Source: Narcine bancroftii (Eukaryota). From it: DNA of 64,000 nt. A model generated the notes under the pieces. It did no database searches. It saw only the letters and a list, made by a program, of their open reading frames with translations, and was not told the origin of the DNA. Positions 1 to 14,571 of the stretch are shown here, one piece after another; the first letter of the stretch is position 1, and each line of letters begins with the position of its first letter. The stretch covers positions 13,888,001-13,952,000 of the forward strand of contig NC_091481.1 in the NCBI RefSeq assembly GCF_036971445.1, read 5' to 3'. The position numbers and the translations under genes were made by a program.

Positions 1-3000
1 CACTTTATTTTGTCCTCTCTGTATTGCACTGTTTGTTTACATCCGCTATCTGTCTATATTTCTTTTATTTGTTTACGCTGTGTACATTTTATTTTTTGCA
101 CTACCAGTTCTGCTGTATCTGCAGGAAAAAGGAATCTCAGAATTGTATATGATGTTATGTACATGACAAAAAATCTGAAATCTGAAAATCCTATTGGCTC
201 TCTTGCTAAAGCTGCAATAAATTTTCCTTTTGTGGTTCACTTCCTGCTTTACTCAGTCATCATGCTGCTTCAGGCATCTTTAATTTTATTTATCCTCTTG
301 AATATCTTCATGGTCTGAGCTTCCACAGCACTCTTGTGTAGATTGTTCCACAGATTCATTACTCTCTTGGTGAAAGAGTGTTCTGAAACTGACACTAAGA
401 TCCATCATTATACTGCCCACAAAGTCCAATGGCAGGTTTCAGTCCTGCTGTGATTTATTAGTATTAATTTGGTAAATCCCAAAAACTTGTAATTTCCTCC
501 AGTTCGACCTCATTCAGGGTCATTTGGAAGCCTAACCTGAAGATCGGGAATCAAAAGGGAAGACACATTGTATTTTTATTATTTTGCTTTAGTTTGAAGC
601 TTCTAATCATTTCAAAATGTTGACTTTATTTCAATTATTTTTATTAGTTTGCAGTTTTTATTTATTTAAATTTCATTTTTTTTAAAAGTCTCTGAACAGA
701 AATTTTAAAATTCTATTAAAATACATGACAAAACTGACAAAAGATGGAAGTTTGGTGAAATGAGTGGGTATAGATCTACAAATTGATTATAGTGTGGGGA
801 AAATGTATTTGGTTGCTAAAGTAAGAAGCATTTTATATAAACGGTGAGAGTTTGCAGAACCCAAGATGCAGGTGGATCTGGGTGTCAGAGTGCATGAATG
901 GCAACAAATTAGTATGTAGTTACAACAAATCATGAGGAAATCTTAACAATATTATCACTCATTATGAAAGAAGTGATAAAAATGTAGAAAATGTATGCTT
1001 TAATTAATATTGGTGACTGTTGAAATCATCTCTAGAAGAGAGAGTACAATCAAGCTCATTCTATTGAAGGAAGGATGTTAATGTGCTGGAATTAGTTCAG
1101 TGCAAGTCAGGTAGATGGAAGTGTGGCGCTCAAGTTATAAGATCATGGCTAAGCTGGCTATTTGGTAGCATAGTGGGCTTGAGGAACATCCTGCTCCTTC
1201 CAACTTGTATACGTGTGTGCCTTCGCCTTCCATCAGTCTCTAAGGGGTGTTCCAGGACAGGACTCTGCACTGCATTGGTCAAAGCCAAGTCACCATTCAG
1301 ACATTGATTTGAGAATGAAGACAGCCAGCAAGATGTCTTCGCATCCATCACAAGTAGGTGGGGAAACCAAAGGCAGTGGTTCAGGTCTGGCAAGATCCAG
1401 GCAATCATTTGATTTCTGGCTACTTACCTCACTGTTCAAAACTCTCTGGAGAATTCTGGAAGGTTGATGGGGCGGTGGGGGGTGGGGGGGGCAGGGCAAT
1501 GGGAGAACAGGGAAGCTCTTACTCAGCCTGACTCTACAGAAAGGTTTAAAAATATAATAATATTAGATGTTAGCCAAGGAACAATTCAGAGCTTCTTGGA
1601 TCAGGATCAGTCTAATTTTGTAGCATGTTCTCATTAACATATACAAGGGACCAGATGTCTGCTTCAGATAGCTGCTCTGAATATCTAAGTCTATGTTCTG
1701 AACAGGGCATCCAATGCATGTCTGTGCAATCTGTGTCCAATAGCTACCAAATTGAATAGATTGCATTCTATTTTGTCAGAGAAAGGGATACAACATACCA
1801 ATTTCCAGCCCACCTCTCCCCATTAGCTCAACGGATATCACAAGATTTTCACTTGCATACTTCCTTATTAAGAACAAATACCCATGCACCATCTCCAGAT
1901 CGAATTGTGCATGAACAAGGGACCACACCCTCACTTCCCTTCCACATGCTTGTGATGGTGAAGCATCAGTTCATTAAATCACCCAGGTTCATCAGATCTA
2001 TAGGGTTATTATGGTCAAAGCAGATCCGTGGATGACAGATTCAAAGATACCAGACCCTTTAAATAAGGACAAAATGTCTGGAACGTTTTTTTTAAACGAT
2101 AACACGAGGAAATCAATAAGCTGAATCAGCACTGTGAAGGAAACTCAATCTTCTCTGCCTGGAGCTGCAACTCCTGAGAGACTGCTCTTGTTTCACTAAT
2201 GAACCCTGCAGCCCATGAATAATTCAGCCAAATCTGCTTATTGCCTAGGTAATAGAATCGCTGAGAGTGGGGGGAGGGGGGGTGAAATGGCGGAGAGTGA
2301 GAGCAACTGACTGACTGCTGACAGCTTCATCACACCGGACATTTTCCTGTCAGCAGTGATGATTCTAATTTGTCTGCAGTTTGATTTCAATTTGTTTTTG
2401 CCATGTGTAAAAGAGGTGAGAGAGACTGCTGGTCAGCCCAGAGAGGGGGGACTGCAAAGAGTCTACTCAAGTGGCTGATTCACATTTCTTTCAAACTCCC
2501 TGCCGGCCCAGTGCTTGGCCCCTTAATCCTTCTCAGACATGTGGCTCAGTAAGGTGTTGAGATCTAGCTACCCTCAAAGTAAAGCTGTAGAAAATATACT
2601 AACTCCACATTTGTCATGAAAACTAGCAATAATTTATAGAGCAAAAAGAAATATCCTCCACATGCACTGTTGTCCATTTCACTGTGGCTAGCAATGCTTT
2701 TGCACTGCATTGATTTCAGGAAGTACAGATGAAGGCTGGTGTTTGACTTTAAAATAAAGTGGTGATTGATATCAGCAATGCAGAATGTAGCGGTTCCCAA
2801 ATTCCCATCACAAACTGCTTGCTTTTGCAAAAAGAAAATGATGCATTCCTGAGATGCATCAGCTCAAAGCCAAGCCAGCTGGCTGGGATTGGGGCTTGGA
2901 TCACTAACACAATGGGCTTATGCTTACTGCTGACTGGGGGGTTCATGTTTGGTGCAAAGCCAACAATTGAGAAATGGAACAGGGAGCAGTTTGGAATGGA

Positions 3001-3274
3001 TCTGGAATTTGGGCATATGTTGGTTGACCTGTGTCAAGGAGCAGCAATATTGAGATTGAGAATGGAACAGGAATTTGGGCACCAGACTACTATGAGGTTA
3101 CTGTCAGCTGGGAATCAACATAAGGAATCTGCCTTCTAGGAATGAGACCCAGGCTACTAATGGCACTGATGTCACTCTCCACTAAGCCACTGATATAGCA
3201 ATGTTTTGTTAAAGCTGTCATTATCCTGAGGAGTTCAAATAATATTTCAAATAAATGTTGTCTTAAAATCAGGA

Positions 3275-3775
3275 ATAGAACCATAGATCACTACAGCACA
3301 GAAGCAGGTCCTTTCAACCCTTCTAGTCTGAGCTGAACCATTTCTTTCGCCTAGTCTCACTGACCACCACCCAGTCCATGTCCCTCATACCTCTCTCATC
3401 CTTGTACCTGTCCACATTCTTCTTAACTGTGAAAATAGAGTCCGCATTCACCACTTCAGCTTGCAGCTTGTTCCATACTCCCACAACTCTCTGCGTAAAG
3501 TTCTCCCTCAATTTTTCCCCTTTCACCCCTTACCCATCCTTAGTGGGAAAAAAGCCTTCCTACATTTACTGTCTAGCCCCTTCAGAATTTTAAATACCTC
3601 TCAAATCTACCCTCATTCTTCTATGATCCAGTGAATAAAGACTTAACCTGTTTAACCTTTCCCAAGAATTCAATTCCTGAAGTCCAGGCAACATCCTAGT
3701 AAATCTTCTCTGCACTCTTTCTATCTTATTTATATCTTTCCTGTAATTAGGTGACCAAAACTGCACACAATACGC
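3275..3775 (-). mobile_element. CR1-like LINE 3' fragment
   Basis: Degenerate C-terminal peptide (FTQRVVGVWNKL...VVNADSIFTVKKNVDRY) followed by the typical 3' tail. Confidence 0.8.
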
Positions 3776-3834
3776 GGAAGTACTTCCTCCAGCATCCAGA
3801 AAATAAAATAGAATTAGCTTTTAGAAACTAGTAG

Positions 3835-4075
3835 GGCAGCGTGGTTAATGTAACAATGCTATGACAGCAGCAGGCAACCTGGGCTCAAACCCAGCGCTGT
3901 CTGTAACGAGCTTGCACGTTCTCCCTATGTCTGCGCAAGTTTCCTCTGGGTGCTCTGGTTTCCTTCCAAAGCCATACGGGGTTAGGAGGTTAATTGATCA
4001 CGTAGGTGTATTTGGCCAGCGCGGGTTTGTGGGCTGGAAGGGTTTGTTACTGTGCTGTATCTCTAAATTAAAAAA
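3835..4075 (+). mobile_element. tRNA-derived HE1/V-SINE-like SINE
   Basis: Head resembling A/B boxes plus the core gcttgcacgttctccctatgtctgcg...gtttcctctgggtgctctggtttcct. Antisense copies at about 30260-30455, 36310-36490, 38470-38655 and 59150-59355. Confidence 0.75.
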
Positions 4076-4795
4076 TAAACATAAAAAATTATTCCGAATA
4101 CTCCTTACATTGAAGAGGAGCCACATTTCAAACCCTTCAACCGATGACATTTATTCTTCCCCCCCCCCCCCCCCACCCCAACCCCGCCGCCTCTCCTTCC
4201 TCACAAACCCACAACACATTGCATCATCCTTTTCACCTACTGCCTTATTCTCTGCCCTCTCATTCAGGTTCCCACCACCCTTCCATCAGCTCTGGCAAGC
4301 CTGCCTGCCAGGATATTGGCCCCTCTCCAGTTCGGATGCAGCCCATCCTTTTTGTATAGGTCAGACCTTGTCCAAAAGAGAGGGAAAGGAGATCCCAGTG
4401 ATCTTCTCAGCAATTTTAAACATCCTCCGTACTGACCACCAATCTGATGCTTTGCATCGACCAAACCACATTTTGATGCAGCTCGCTGGGACACTCTTTA
4501 TTGGGCTCCTATGGAATATTGATAGGATGGTGGCCAGTTGCCTTGCCCTCCTCAACCTCCTTGGGTTCTTGACTAATGAGGAGGTGTTGTGGGTGTGTGA
4601 TATGTCATCTTTTAAGTGGACGCAAATCAACTTTGTACTCCCCATTCTCACTACTCATTGACTTTGTAGTTATATAGCCAGATCTTTGGTATGGCTCCAA
4701 TCAGAAGAGTTTTAACCGGTCCCCTCCCATGTGTGCAATTTGAAAGTAGAATAACGTTTAAATCATAAAGAACGGGACTGGTGAATGCCCCTTAC

Positions 4796-7700
4796 CTTCT
4801 CATACAGATCAGAGTCATAATTCAGCCCAATTCCACAATCATCGGTAATCTCTGACAAATCCTCATCATCAAACTCCTCCAAGCTGATGTCATGTGCAGG
4901 CCTAGCAAGAAGAAGCAACACAACATTACCACAATGGCTTGAAATTATAAACCAAACACAAATGGACTCAGTGGACTGGGCTGCATGCGTGGATATTGCA
5001 GAGCAGCACAACACAACTCGGTCCTCTTGTACACATCTCACACAACCATGGCTGTTGCTGCACGTACCCTAGCACTTCTGCAGTGGAGAAGGTTTCTCAC
5101 AGCTGATGGGAATCACAAACGATGGGAGGAGGGTGTTAGCTCTCAAGTCAGAGGCCTGATGAAATCAAGTCTTTATTATACTTGCATTCAACTCAACCTC
5201 TCACATCCAATTCCCTTATACCAGTGGTTCTCAACCCTCTTTCCCCCCCCCCCCCCTCCCCGCCCCACTCATTCTTTAGCTGGGCTGTGGTTAGTAAGGG
5301 ACTACTTAAGGTGGTATTTGAGTGGAGAACCACTGCCTTATATCAATGGCTCTTCGGTCTGATCGTGTCCAGATGGTTCAAATAGGCCCACCTCAGCGAC
5401 ACATTCCTGTCCTGTCACCAGGACTGCACCGAGTTTAATATTTCAGGTGCACAAAATATACCACCCGACCCAAGTCTCCTCGAGTTATTTATTCCCTCAT
5501 TTGAAATTGAATGCTTAGTTCAGCAATGGCACCAGACTCAACATAAAGAGTTGCTGCCTTCTGAGCAAGAGTATACTAGATACTGGTCAGTTATGTGGAG
5601 AACAGATTGCACTTTATACCACAATCACAGTTGGACTCCATTTCTTATATTGTTTGTAAAGGAAGTGGCCGCAAATTCTTCACGTCATTCAGAAATAATT
5701 AACTACAGTTCACAGTCTTCAGTACATACTGCCAACCCATTTATACCTACCAAAAAAAAAACCCAAACCTCCCAACCTCATGACCCTTTATTTTCTTTCA
5801 TCTATGGACCTGCTGAAGTCTCTTAAGTGACTTCAGCTTCCACCACCACCCCTGGAAATGCATTCCAGGCTCCCATAACGGTGTGTGTAAAAACCGTCTC
5901 TCCTCAACTTTTCTCCCTTCACTTTGAACAAATGTCCTCTGGTGTTTGTTCCTCCCATCCTGGGATAAAGGTGCTATCAGAGCTCAGCAGGTAATTGAGT
6001 TACCCAGCATAATGTGTACATGGGTTAGGAGGCAAAGGGAGGGGAGGAATGGAGGGGGAAGCTTGAATGCCATAGCAATGCACCATTTCTGACCCAGGTG
6101 AGGACTTGAATAGGGCTAGGACTGCAGGATGCATGTTGAAGTAAGAAATCAACCTGGTCATCCAAAGCTCCTTCCCCAATTCCAATGGTGCAGAGAGCTG
6201 AACCCACATTCTCAGCAATTGCCTCGAGGTTCTACAGTGTCAAGAAAGATCATGAACTGAGAATCGGAACATGTCATAGCTTCAACAAGTTCAGAATTGT
6301 TTAACAGATTATGAAGAACCTTTTCCCTCTGTCTCCTTTTCTGCAAATGTGTTAGCACACAGGATCAATTATGAGAGCTTCAAGGATCATTGTCCCAAAA
6401 TGCTATGTTTCTTTCTTCTGCAGATGCTGCCTAAACTGGTAAAATTTTCTGTTTTTATTTCAGATTACCAACATTCACAATTGTATTAATTATGCGTGAA
6501 TTTATACAATCAATGTCTTCAGTTAATTATTCAAGATTATTTCATTGTCATGAACTAAAACAAATTTCCCCTACTGTGCTGTAAGGCAGACAGTCACTAT
6601 TGTATTGCCCGGTGCACTTTACAGTAAGAAAAAGAGAAACAAAAGAGAGTCCTTTCAGAGTCAATGAATGCCCATGGATTTGCCACCAGCACTCCCGCTC
6701 CCTCTCCAGCTGCAACCCGAACTTCAGATACAAGCCTCTGACTTGATCAGGAGACCTTCAGTGCCAGAGGGCCTTTGGGATCCCTTCCTGCCCTCAGCAC
6801 CCTCTTGAATCCAATACCTCATGAACCAGTATCCAGCAGCCCGCAGTCTGTGTGGATCCTTTGACCACAAGTGACCCGCAGCCTACGATAGCCAGTTCTG
6901 GGAATTGAGGGAACTACATCAACTTAGCTATAAACAGATGGTGGAGAAGGGGAGTGGATGGCAAAAAGAGAATGGAAGTTGGTGATTGCAGATTGCTGGT
7001 GATTATAGATTGGCAGCAACAAAAGAATTGCACGGTTAAAAAGAGACATACAATTCATGATAAATTTTCAAAGAATAGGACAAGAAAGATTCTATATACA
7101 AAATTCAGAGAAACAGGAATATCGGAATCCATTTACCAAGGTCAGTAAGGATGAGATCTCAAATGGCTAAGGCCATACAAAGGTAAATTAAATTATTAGC
7201 TTTGAACCTGGACAAATAGAAAAGGTGGCAGGCAAGTTTTTAAGACAGGCAAAAGAGCATAGAAAATATAAGTTGAAAATATATTCATCAAAAGCGATGG
7301 AACAATGAATTAACAATATTTCTACGTGCTGGCAGGTCTACGATTGCAAATCAAGAGGCAATGATGAACTTGAACAAAGCCTCATTTTGACTAGAGTTTA
7401 TCTTAACAGAATATAATGTTTAGCTGTACATAACCTTAGTCAGAATAAATGTGGAGTATTGCATTGGATTGACATCACACTTAAAGGTTATATTAGCCTA
7501 AGCCACAATATGATTACTGGAATAATGCTGGGAACAGGTGCATGAATCTGCCTTGCACTGACTCATAATTAGACAAGGTGGGATAGTAAATGATATAGGA
7601 TATGAACAGGATATTAGATTCAATATTAAAGGGATTGAGCACAATTAAATTGGATGAAATGTTAAAAGATCAGTGTGAAAAGCAGAATTGTATTACATTG

Positions 7701-10700
7701 AATGGTATACTAAAGGATCAGAGAAGTAAACAGATGAGAGGGATTACACTGGGTAAAATTCAACCAGAGAGGTCAGGAATCATGGGTTTAAAATAGAGAG
7801 GAAAGAAATCAGCATGGGTTCATATCAGTTTTTGTGCACAAATACCTTGCAATCATTTTCTTTCACTAAGTTTATACACCCTTACTTTCTGTGTTTAAGG
7901 ATCTGCTCAACTGTGAGTCCATCCAGCTTCCAATATTTATTTGAGACTCACTAACCTAGGCACACACACAAATCATAGCTGTGTTCCCCAAAGTGCAAGA
8001 TGACAGCCAATGGCCTGGGAATCAGAGGATCCAGAACGACTCAGAGCCTTTGGAAATGAAAATGGCTGAGCAAGAAAAGTAATTACACAAATCAAACGTG
8101 CTCCTCTCTGGATTGGAGCACATAACCTCCTGTAAACACATTACATCATTCAGCTTCTCCACAATTATGTGCAATTTGGAAGGTCCAGGGGGAGACCTTA
8201 TTACTTCAGGTTCTTCAGGAGTCTGAGCAGAACTTCCATTTGATACTCTGACTTGAAATGCTCCTCTGGTTTAAAGCTTCAAGAGTTACAAGGATATTTA
8301 GTGACATTCCATGCAGGGACTCGTCCAAGAATTAGTCCACGAAAGAAGAGAGGGGTCAAAACCAGCTTCAGTCATTGGACACATTTGTAAAGTGGCATAA
8401 TTGGATATTGGACCCCAGGCAACAGGCATCACATCCAATGGGTGGAAAAAGGAGGTGAACTTGATGCATGACTGTGCAGTGAGACACAGTTCTAACCACA
8501 TCATCAAGTTCGCTGATGACACAAACGTGGTAAAGGTCATCAGCAAGAAAGGTGAGATGACTTACAGAGAATAGGCGCAATCACTAACGGACTGGTGCGG
8601 AGACCACAACCTACACCTGAACATCAACAAAATAAAAGAGATGGTGGTTGTTTTCAGGAGAGCCTGGGAGGAATCACTCTTCACTGACCATCGATGGCTC
8701 CACCATCGAGGTAGTCCAGAGCACCAAATTCCTTGGTGTGCACCTGGCCCCCCAAAACCAGATCCATTGTCAAGCAGGCCCAACAATGCCTTTACCTCCT
8801 GTGGAGGTTGTGGAAAGTTCAACTTTCACCCTCACCACATTCTACAGGGGATGCACTAAGAGCATCCCATATAACTGCATCACTGCAGCGGATTGTAAGG
8901 ACTGCTGAGGGATCATTGGGATCTCTCTCCATGCCACGATAGACATTTATAACAGCTGTTGTCTGCAGAAAGCTATAAGCATTGCGAAGGACTCCACATA
9001 CCCCTCCGACAATCTATTCTCCCTCCTGATATTCGGGAAGAGGTACCGAAGAGTTCGGGCCCTCATGACCTGATCGCAAAACAGCTTTCTCCCCAAGCCA
9101 TGAGGTTTCTGAACTCCAGGGGTGCACAGGGCTGGCATACAATATGATATTTATGTAATTTTATTTATAAAAAGTCTCCAATGTAATTTATCCATGTAAG
9201 TAACCAGCTCAGTGGTCTGGAGCTACGCTATCTCATTTTTCACTGTACACTGCAATATTTATGGTATGAATGACAAATAAACATGACTTGAAATAGATCC
9301 CAGACAGGAGGTTGGACAGCAAGTTTGAAATATGTGGAAATATGTGGAACTGGCATGCATTGAAAACTGGCCATTCAGAAAGCAATGGAAATAAACAAGG
9401 AAATGGTGAAATTCAAGGGACTGAAGTGTCCTGGACTGGGGCTTAAATACCAGCTATTCATACATGGAGTGTGATCCACAATCTTGGTCTCCTTATCTTA
9501 AAGGTAATACACATCATAGACAGAGGGGAATTCACTAGGCTCATTCAATTTTAATTAATTATTATTTTTAAAAAAATTTAGACATAGAGCAGTAACAGGT
9601 CATTTCAGCCCACAAATCCATGTCACCCAATTTACACCCAATTCACCATTCTAATCATGAGCTGATCCATCCTTCCACTCAGCCCCACTCCCCAGCTTTC
9701 TCCCCATAGCCCTTAATGCTCTGACTAATCAAATATCTGTCAATCTCTACCTTAAATACACCCAAAAACCTCGCTTCCATAGCCATCTGTGGCAAAAAGT
9801 TACACAGAATCATGATCCTCTGACTAAAGACATTTTTATGCATCTCTTTAAATTCCATGGGAAACATCCTTGTCACATCTACTCCATCCAAGCCTTTCAA
9901 CACTTGAAATGCCTCTATGAGGATCCCCTCATTCTTCTGTACTCCAATGAGTACAGTCCAAGAGCTGACAACCATTCGTCATATGCTAACTCTTTCATTC
10001 CCGGTATCATTCCAGAAAATCTTCTCTGAATGCTCTCCGACGCCAGCATGTCCTTTCTTATATAAGGCACCCAAAACTGTAGACAGTACTCCAAGTGAGG
10101 TCTTTATTAGTTAAATTGTTAACAAAGAAATATTTGCCAACTAGTAGAATCTGATATGACAATCTAGATTGGACCGGGACTTCAGAATTCCACTGCCTTT
10201 GAAAATGATTTGAATTAATTAATTGAATTGTGTACTTAATATTTAGATGGCACTAAATTAAAAATGACAGCAAGCTCTGAGGATGTGAATAAGAAGTTTC
10301 AAGGGGACATGCACAAATGGCCATACAATGGGAAAACTAGAACAAATAAATTCAATGATAAAGGGTCTGTTGTCATATACATTGTACAACATACACATGC
10401 ATCAAAATTCTTACTTGCTGCAGCTGAACAAATCCTTTGCAAATAAAGGTGTACAGCATTCCCGACTTCATTGATCAGAGCTATGGTCATACAAATTCAT
10501 AGGGTAGTAAAGAAGATGCATGGTCTGCTTGGCTTCAATAGCCAGGGCATTGTGTTCAAAAGTTGGGGAGTCATGTTGCAACTGCACAAAACTTTGGTTA
10601 GGTCATATGTGCTTGGTTCTGGTCACTGCATTTTAGGATGTAAAGTCTGAAGGTATATTGCCTGGATTGGAGAGAATTTGGTGTAGGGAAAGGCTGGAAC

Positions 10701-13700
10701 ATTTGGATTGCTTTTGCTGGAGTGTTGGAAAATGAGGAAGCATCTGATACAAGTACAGTATCTAAAAGCATGATGCGTACCTAGATCTTTTTCCAGAATG
10801 TAAATGTCAAATACAAGAGTGCAGAGGTTTAAGGCTAGAGGAGGCAAGCTTAAAGATCACCAGGCAAATTTTTATTTTCGGAAGGTGGTGGGTTTGTGGA
10901 ACATATTGCCAGGAGAGGTGGTAGAAGCAGATACAATAGCACCATTTAGACAGATACATTAACAGGCAGGAAATAGGATGTGAAGTGAAACACAAAGGTG
11001 CTGACCCTGTGATTGAAGAAGGGCTCAGGCCCGAAACATCAGTAATGTTTCCTATGGACGCTGCAAGTCCAGCTGAGTTCCTCCAGCATTTCTGTGTGTT
11101 TTTAGGAAATAGGATATAGACTAGGACCAGGCAGATGGTATTAATTTAGATTGACATAGACAGCACAGGCATTGTTGTCCTCATGGTCTGTTCCTGCTTT
11201 ATGTCCATGCTTGCACACAAGTGTGCTTAAATGGGGGTAGGTACAGATAAGTGATTGAAAGATCAGTTAGTGTCAGGTAATACACCTCCTAGTGGCCAGC
11301 CACTTCGAATCCATAACCCATTCACACAATGACATGCCTATCCAAGGCCTCATGTCCTGCCAGATTGAGACCACATGTAAATGGGAGGAACAACATCTTA
11401 TATTCCATCTTAGTATTCTCCAACCAGACACAACTGCTCCAATTTCTGATAATCCCCCCTCCCCTTTTCATTTTTCTCCCCACCTTGCTTTCCTTCATCT
11501 CTCTGAATCCCTTCCTTCCTCTGTCATCACCCATTCTTTCACTAACTCTCCATTCCTTCCCTTCACTTTTCAGAGAACATCTTTCTCAGTTTCTGCCTCC
11601 TTACCCTATCCCCTCTCAGCTCCTTTATTTCCAACCCCCCCCCCCCCCCCCCCCCCACTCCTCCACCCCAAGCCTGTGCTCCTCTCCAATTTCTTATTCG
11701 GATGTCTGGTCAAATTTTGGGATTCCTGATGAAGGACTGAGGCATGAAAGGCCGATTGCCTATTGCTTTCCACAGATGCTGTGTGATGTGCCGAGTTCCT
11801 CTAGTGTTTGTGTATTGTTCTAGTCCTCCAGCATCTGCTGACCTTGTATAAAAATAGCCCAGTATAATTATACTTGACTAAACCACCCTTCTTCAAAAAT
11901 CTCCTGTGACATGTAACTGGGTGGAATTACTCCTGCCCGGTTTCATTACTGGAAAACCCCTGAGTGGGCTCTTCTCTTCTTTGTCCAGATGTCAAGGCTC
12001 AGCCCCCTCCTACTGCTCATCGACATGCTGTCCTTGGTGACAACAGTGCTCAGCTCTACCTCACCACATCTCAAACAATCTCACTACTGCTTCAATTTGG
12101 CATCAATTTCCATCATTACTTTAGCAGACATTTCCTTCAGTTACAAGTGAACCCACTTCTTTGAACGAATCACAACGTTTTTCCCCTAGCCACCAACTTC
12201 ATTCCACTTCCCTGAAGCAAGACTATCCAAATCCCAAGCGTCTTACCCCAATCCATTTCCATCATAAAGATCACTTTCAGACATATGCTACCTTTAGATT
12301 CAACAAAAACTAAGGGATGCAGCCTCAAGATTCAGGGGAGTAGATTTAACTCAGAGACAAGGAAGAACTGCTTCTTCCAGAGAGTAATGAATCTGGAATT
12401 TGCTGCCCAATGAAGTAGCAGAGGCTGCCTTTTTAGACATATTTAAGACACAGAGAGATAGACTTGAGTCAAGTCCGGAAGCAGATCAACCAGCATATTA
12501 ATGAATAGAGGAGCAGGCTTGACAGGCTATTTCTAATGTTTGACTTTTTCCAATTTGTTTTTTTGGCAGGCAGCCTGTCATAGACCAATGTAAACTCATG
12601 CTCATTTTCTAATCCACTATCACCCTTCTGTGTCACGACCATCACGGATTAAAAAAATCTTACCCATGTTTTCAAATCCTTCCCTGATTTAGCTCCTTAA
12701 CTTGCTCTGTAATCTTCGCCATTCCTAAAATGCTCTAGGATTTCTGCATTCTTCTGTCTGGTCTCATGGCCTTCCCCAGATTTCATCATTCTGTCATTAG
12801 AGGGGGTGCTTCCAGTTGCCTATTTCCCAGTTGCAGAATGGTATTCCTCAACTTCATTACATTTTTAAGATGAGACAAAAACTAGAGGACATGGGTTAAG
12901 GGTGAAAGGGGAAAAGTTTAAAGGGAACATGAGGGACAACCGCTTCATGCAGAGAGGAGAGGAAGCGTGGTACGAGTTGCCAGTTTAATTGGTAAATGGA
13001 GGATTAATTTTGACATTTCAGAAAAATTTGAACAGGCACACAGATGGGAGGGATATGGACCGAGTGTGGGGCAGTGTAACAAGATTGAATAATAGTTTGG
13101 GACAGAATAGAAGGGTCTGTTTCTGTTTTGCAGTGTTCTATGGTTCTTCAACGTTTCTCACCTTTTCATATGATGTAGATTACAAAACAACAACAAAAAC
13201 TGGTCGCTCATCTTGAGAGGGTTGTAGTGGTATTTACAGTCAACAACAAAAACTGGTCACTCATCTTGAGAGGGTTGTAGTGGTATTTACAGTCAACAAC
13301 AAAAACTGGTCACTCATCTTGAGAGGGTTGTAGTGGTATTTACAGTCAACATCAAAAACTGGTCACTCATCTTGAGAGGGTTGTAGTGGTATTTACAGTC
13401 AACAACAAAAACTGGTCACTCATCTTGAGAGGGTTGTAGTGGTATTTACAGTCAACAACAAAAACTGGTCACTCATCTTGAGAGGGTTGTAGTGGTATTT
13501 ACAGTCAACATCAAAAAACTGGTCACTCATCTTGAGAGGGTTGTAATGGTATTTACAGTCAACAAGAAAAACTGGTCACTCATCTTAAGAGGGTTGTAGT
13601 GGTATTTACAGTCAACAAGAAAAACTGGTCACTCATCTTGAGAGGGTTGTAGTGGTATTTACTGTTAACAACAAAAACTGGTCACTCATCTTGAGAGGGT

Positions 13701-14571
13701 TGTAGTGGTATTTACAGTCCACATTAGCTTCCTCACACCTATCTTTATCTAACAGTATCTATATTCCCTATATTGTATTGTTCATGTAGTTATGGAGATT
13801 CCCCCTAGATACCTTTTACTTCTCTCAAAGATGTTCTTTTTTTTGTTGGCTTCAGTGATCTGTCCTTATCCTCAGTGGCTTAATTTTGCATGGCAGAAGT
13901 GCAATAAAACACCTTGGGCTATTATGTCTTATTAAATGTGCAGGTTGCTATGATGTATCACTGGATGAAGGGATGTGTACGTTTTTAGATCAATGCGTGC
14001 TGTTAAGCATCTGAACAGTTGGGCTGTGTACACGTAAATGGACGATTGCATAGTTGGCTCTATCGATGTGTCTGGGTGTGTTTGTCCGTAGAAGGGTGTC
14101 GGCAATAACGAAAGGGTTAATTAAACTCCACTGGGAAATAAATAACTCCGATCACATTAAACATTGAGTTCCTTATTTCAGAACAGGCCGGAGGACCTAT
14201 AATCGCCCCGGGACAATCTGTTGTGTTATCAAACGTACGCAAATATCACTGCCATTCTGCTAGGTCCACCACTGACTTAGCTTAGCAGTTTCAGTTATTG
14301 CCTGCAGCGTTTTTATCCTTGGGATATTCCCCAACGAATAGCGTGTAACAATGTACTCTTCAACAAATTCTTAATTTAAAAGAAGCCCTAACCATCAGAT
14401 GACACATTGTCTCCGTTAGTTAATAACACCAGTTTCTGTGTAGAACTACACAGATGATACATATAGGATACATTACATGTATGATACATCTAGTATCTCC
14501 TCTTACCTGCAGCTTGGAGGGGAGAGGGAGTGGAAGGTTGACAGTGAAAACATCTCAGTGGGATCCGCCAT
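4796..14571 (-). CDS. MAPK8IP2: JNK-interacting protein 2 (JIP2/IB2), coding exons 1-2; the gene continues past the left edge
   Basis: Exon 1 14571-14507 (65 nt) encodes [21 protein letters not shown](R) with a GTAAG donor. Exon 2 4901-4796 (106 nt) encodes (R)[35 protein letters not shown] with TAG/GTAAG ends. The phases join, the peptide matches the JIP2 N-terminus as I recall it ([45 protein letters not shown]), and CHKB is a syntenic neighbour. Confidence 0.93.
5222..5335. mobile_element. hAT/Charlie-like MITE
   Basis: TIRs CAGTGGTTCTC...GAGAACCACTG with an 8-bp TSD (ccttatac/ccttatat). A related partial copy sits at about 23850-23972. Confidence 0.8.
8465..9290 (+). mobile_element. Rex1/Babar-like LINE remnant
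   Basis: Degenerate RT/C-terminal peptides [41 protein letters not shown] further remnant at about 4340-4650 (minus). Confidence 0.75.
9630..10990. mobile_element. Two CR1-like LINE 3' fragments (about 9630-10105 minus; about 10440-10990 plus)
   Basis: Peptide [16 protein letters not shown]...[33 protein letters not shown]. Related copies at about 12300-12540, 12870-13145, 28940-29330, 35440-36030 and 39930-40150. Confidence 0.75.
11290..11850 (+). mobile_element. Penelope-like element 3' remnant
   Basis: [18 protein letters not shown] plus a ctgatgaagg...gaaa tail. Related remnants at about 21200-21600, 22160-22510, 24800-25110, 41920-42490 and 44260-44870. Confidence 0.65.
13186..13719. 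repeat. 53-bp minisatellite, about 10 copies, MAPK8IP2 intron 1
   Basis: Unit acagtcaacaacaaaaactggtcactcatcttgagagggttgtagtggtattt recurs with a 53-bp period and few substitutions. Confidence 0.97.

Noticed and set aside
1790-2470. Possible alternative MAPK8IP2 exon or enhancer in intron 2
   Set aside because: The sequence looks non-repetitive and has a donor-like site near 1798, but no convincing reading frame; it cannot be supported without alignments.
3861-4661. Longest ORF in the track (266 aa)
   Set aside because: It runs through a SINE, a poly-C tract and an antisense LINE remnant, with no recognisable domain.
13186-13719. Regular repeat array resembling a CRISPR array
   Set aside because: No unique spacers, eukaryotic context and no cas genes; it is a plain minisatellite.
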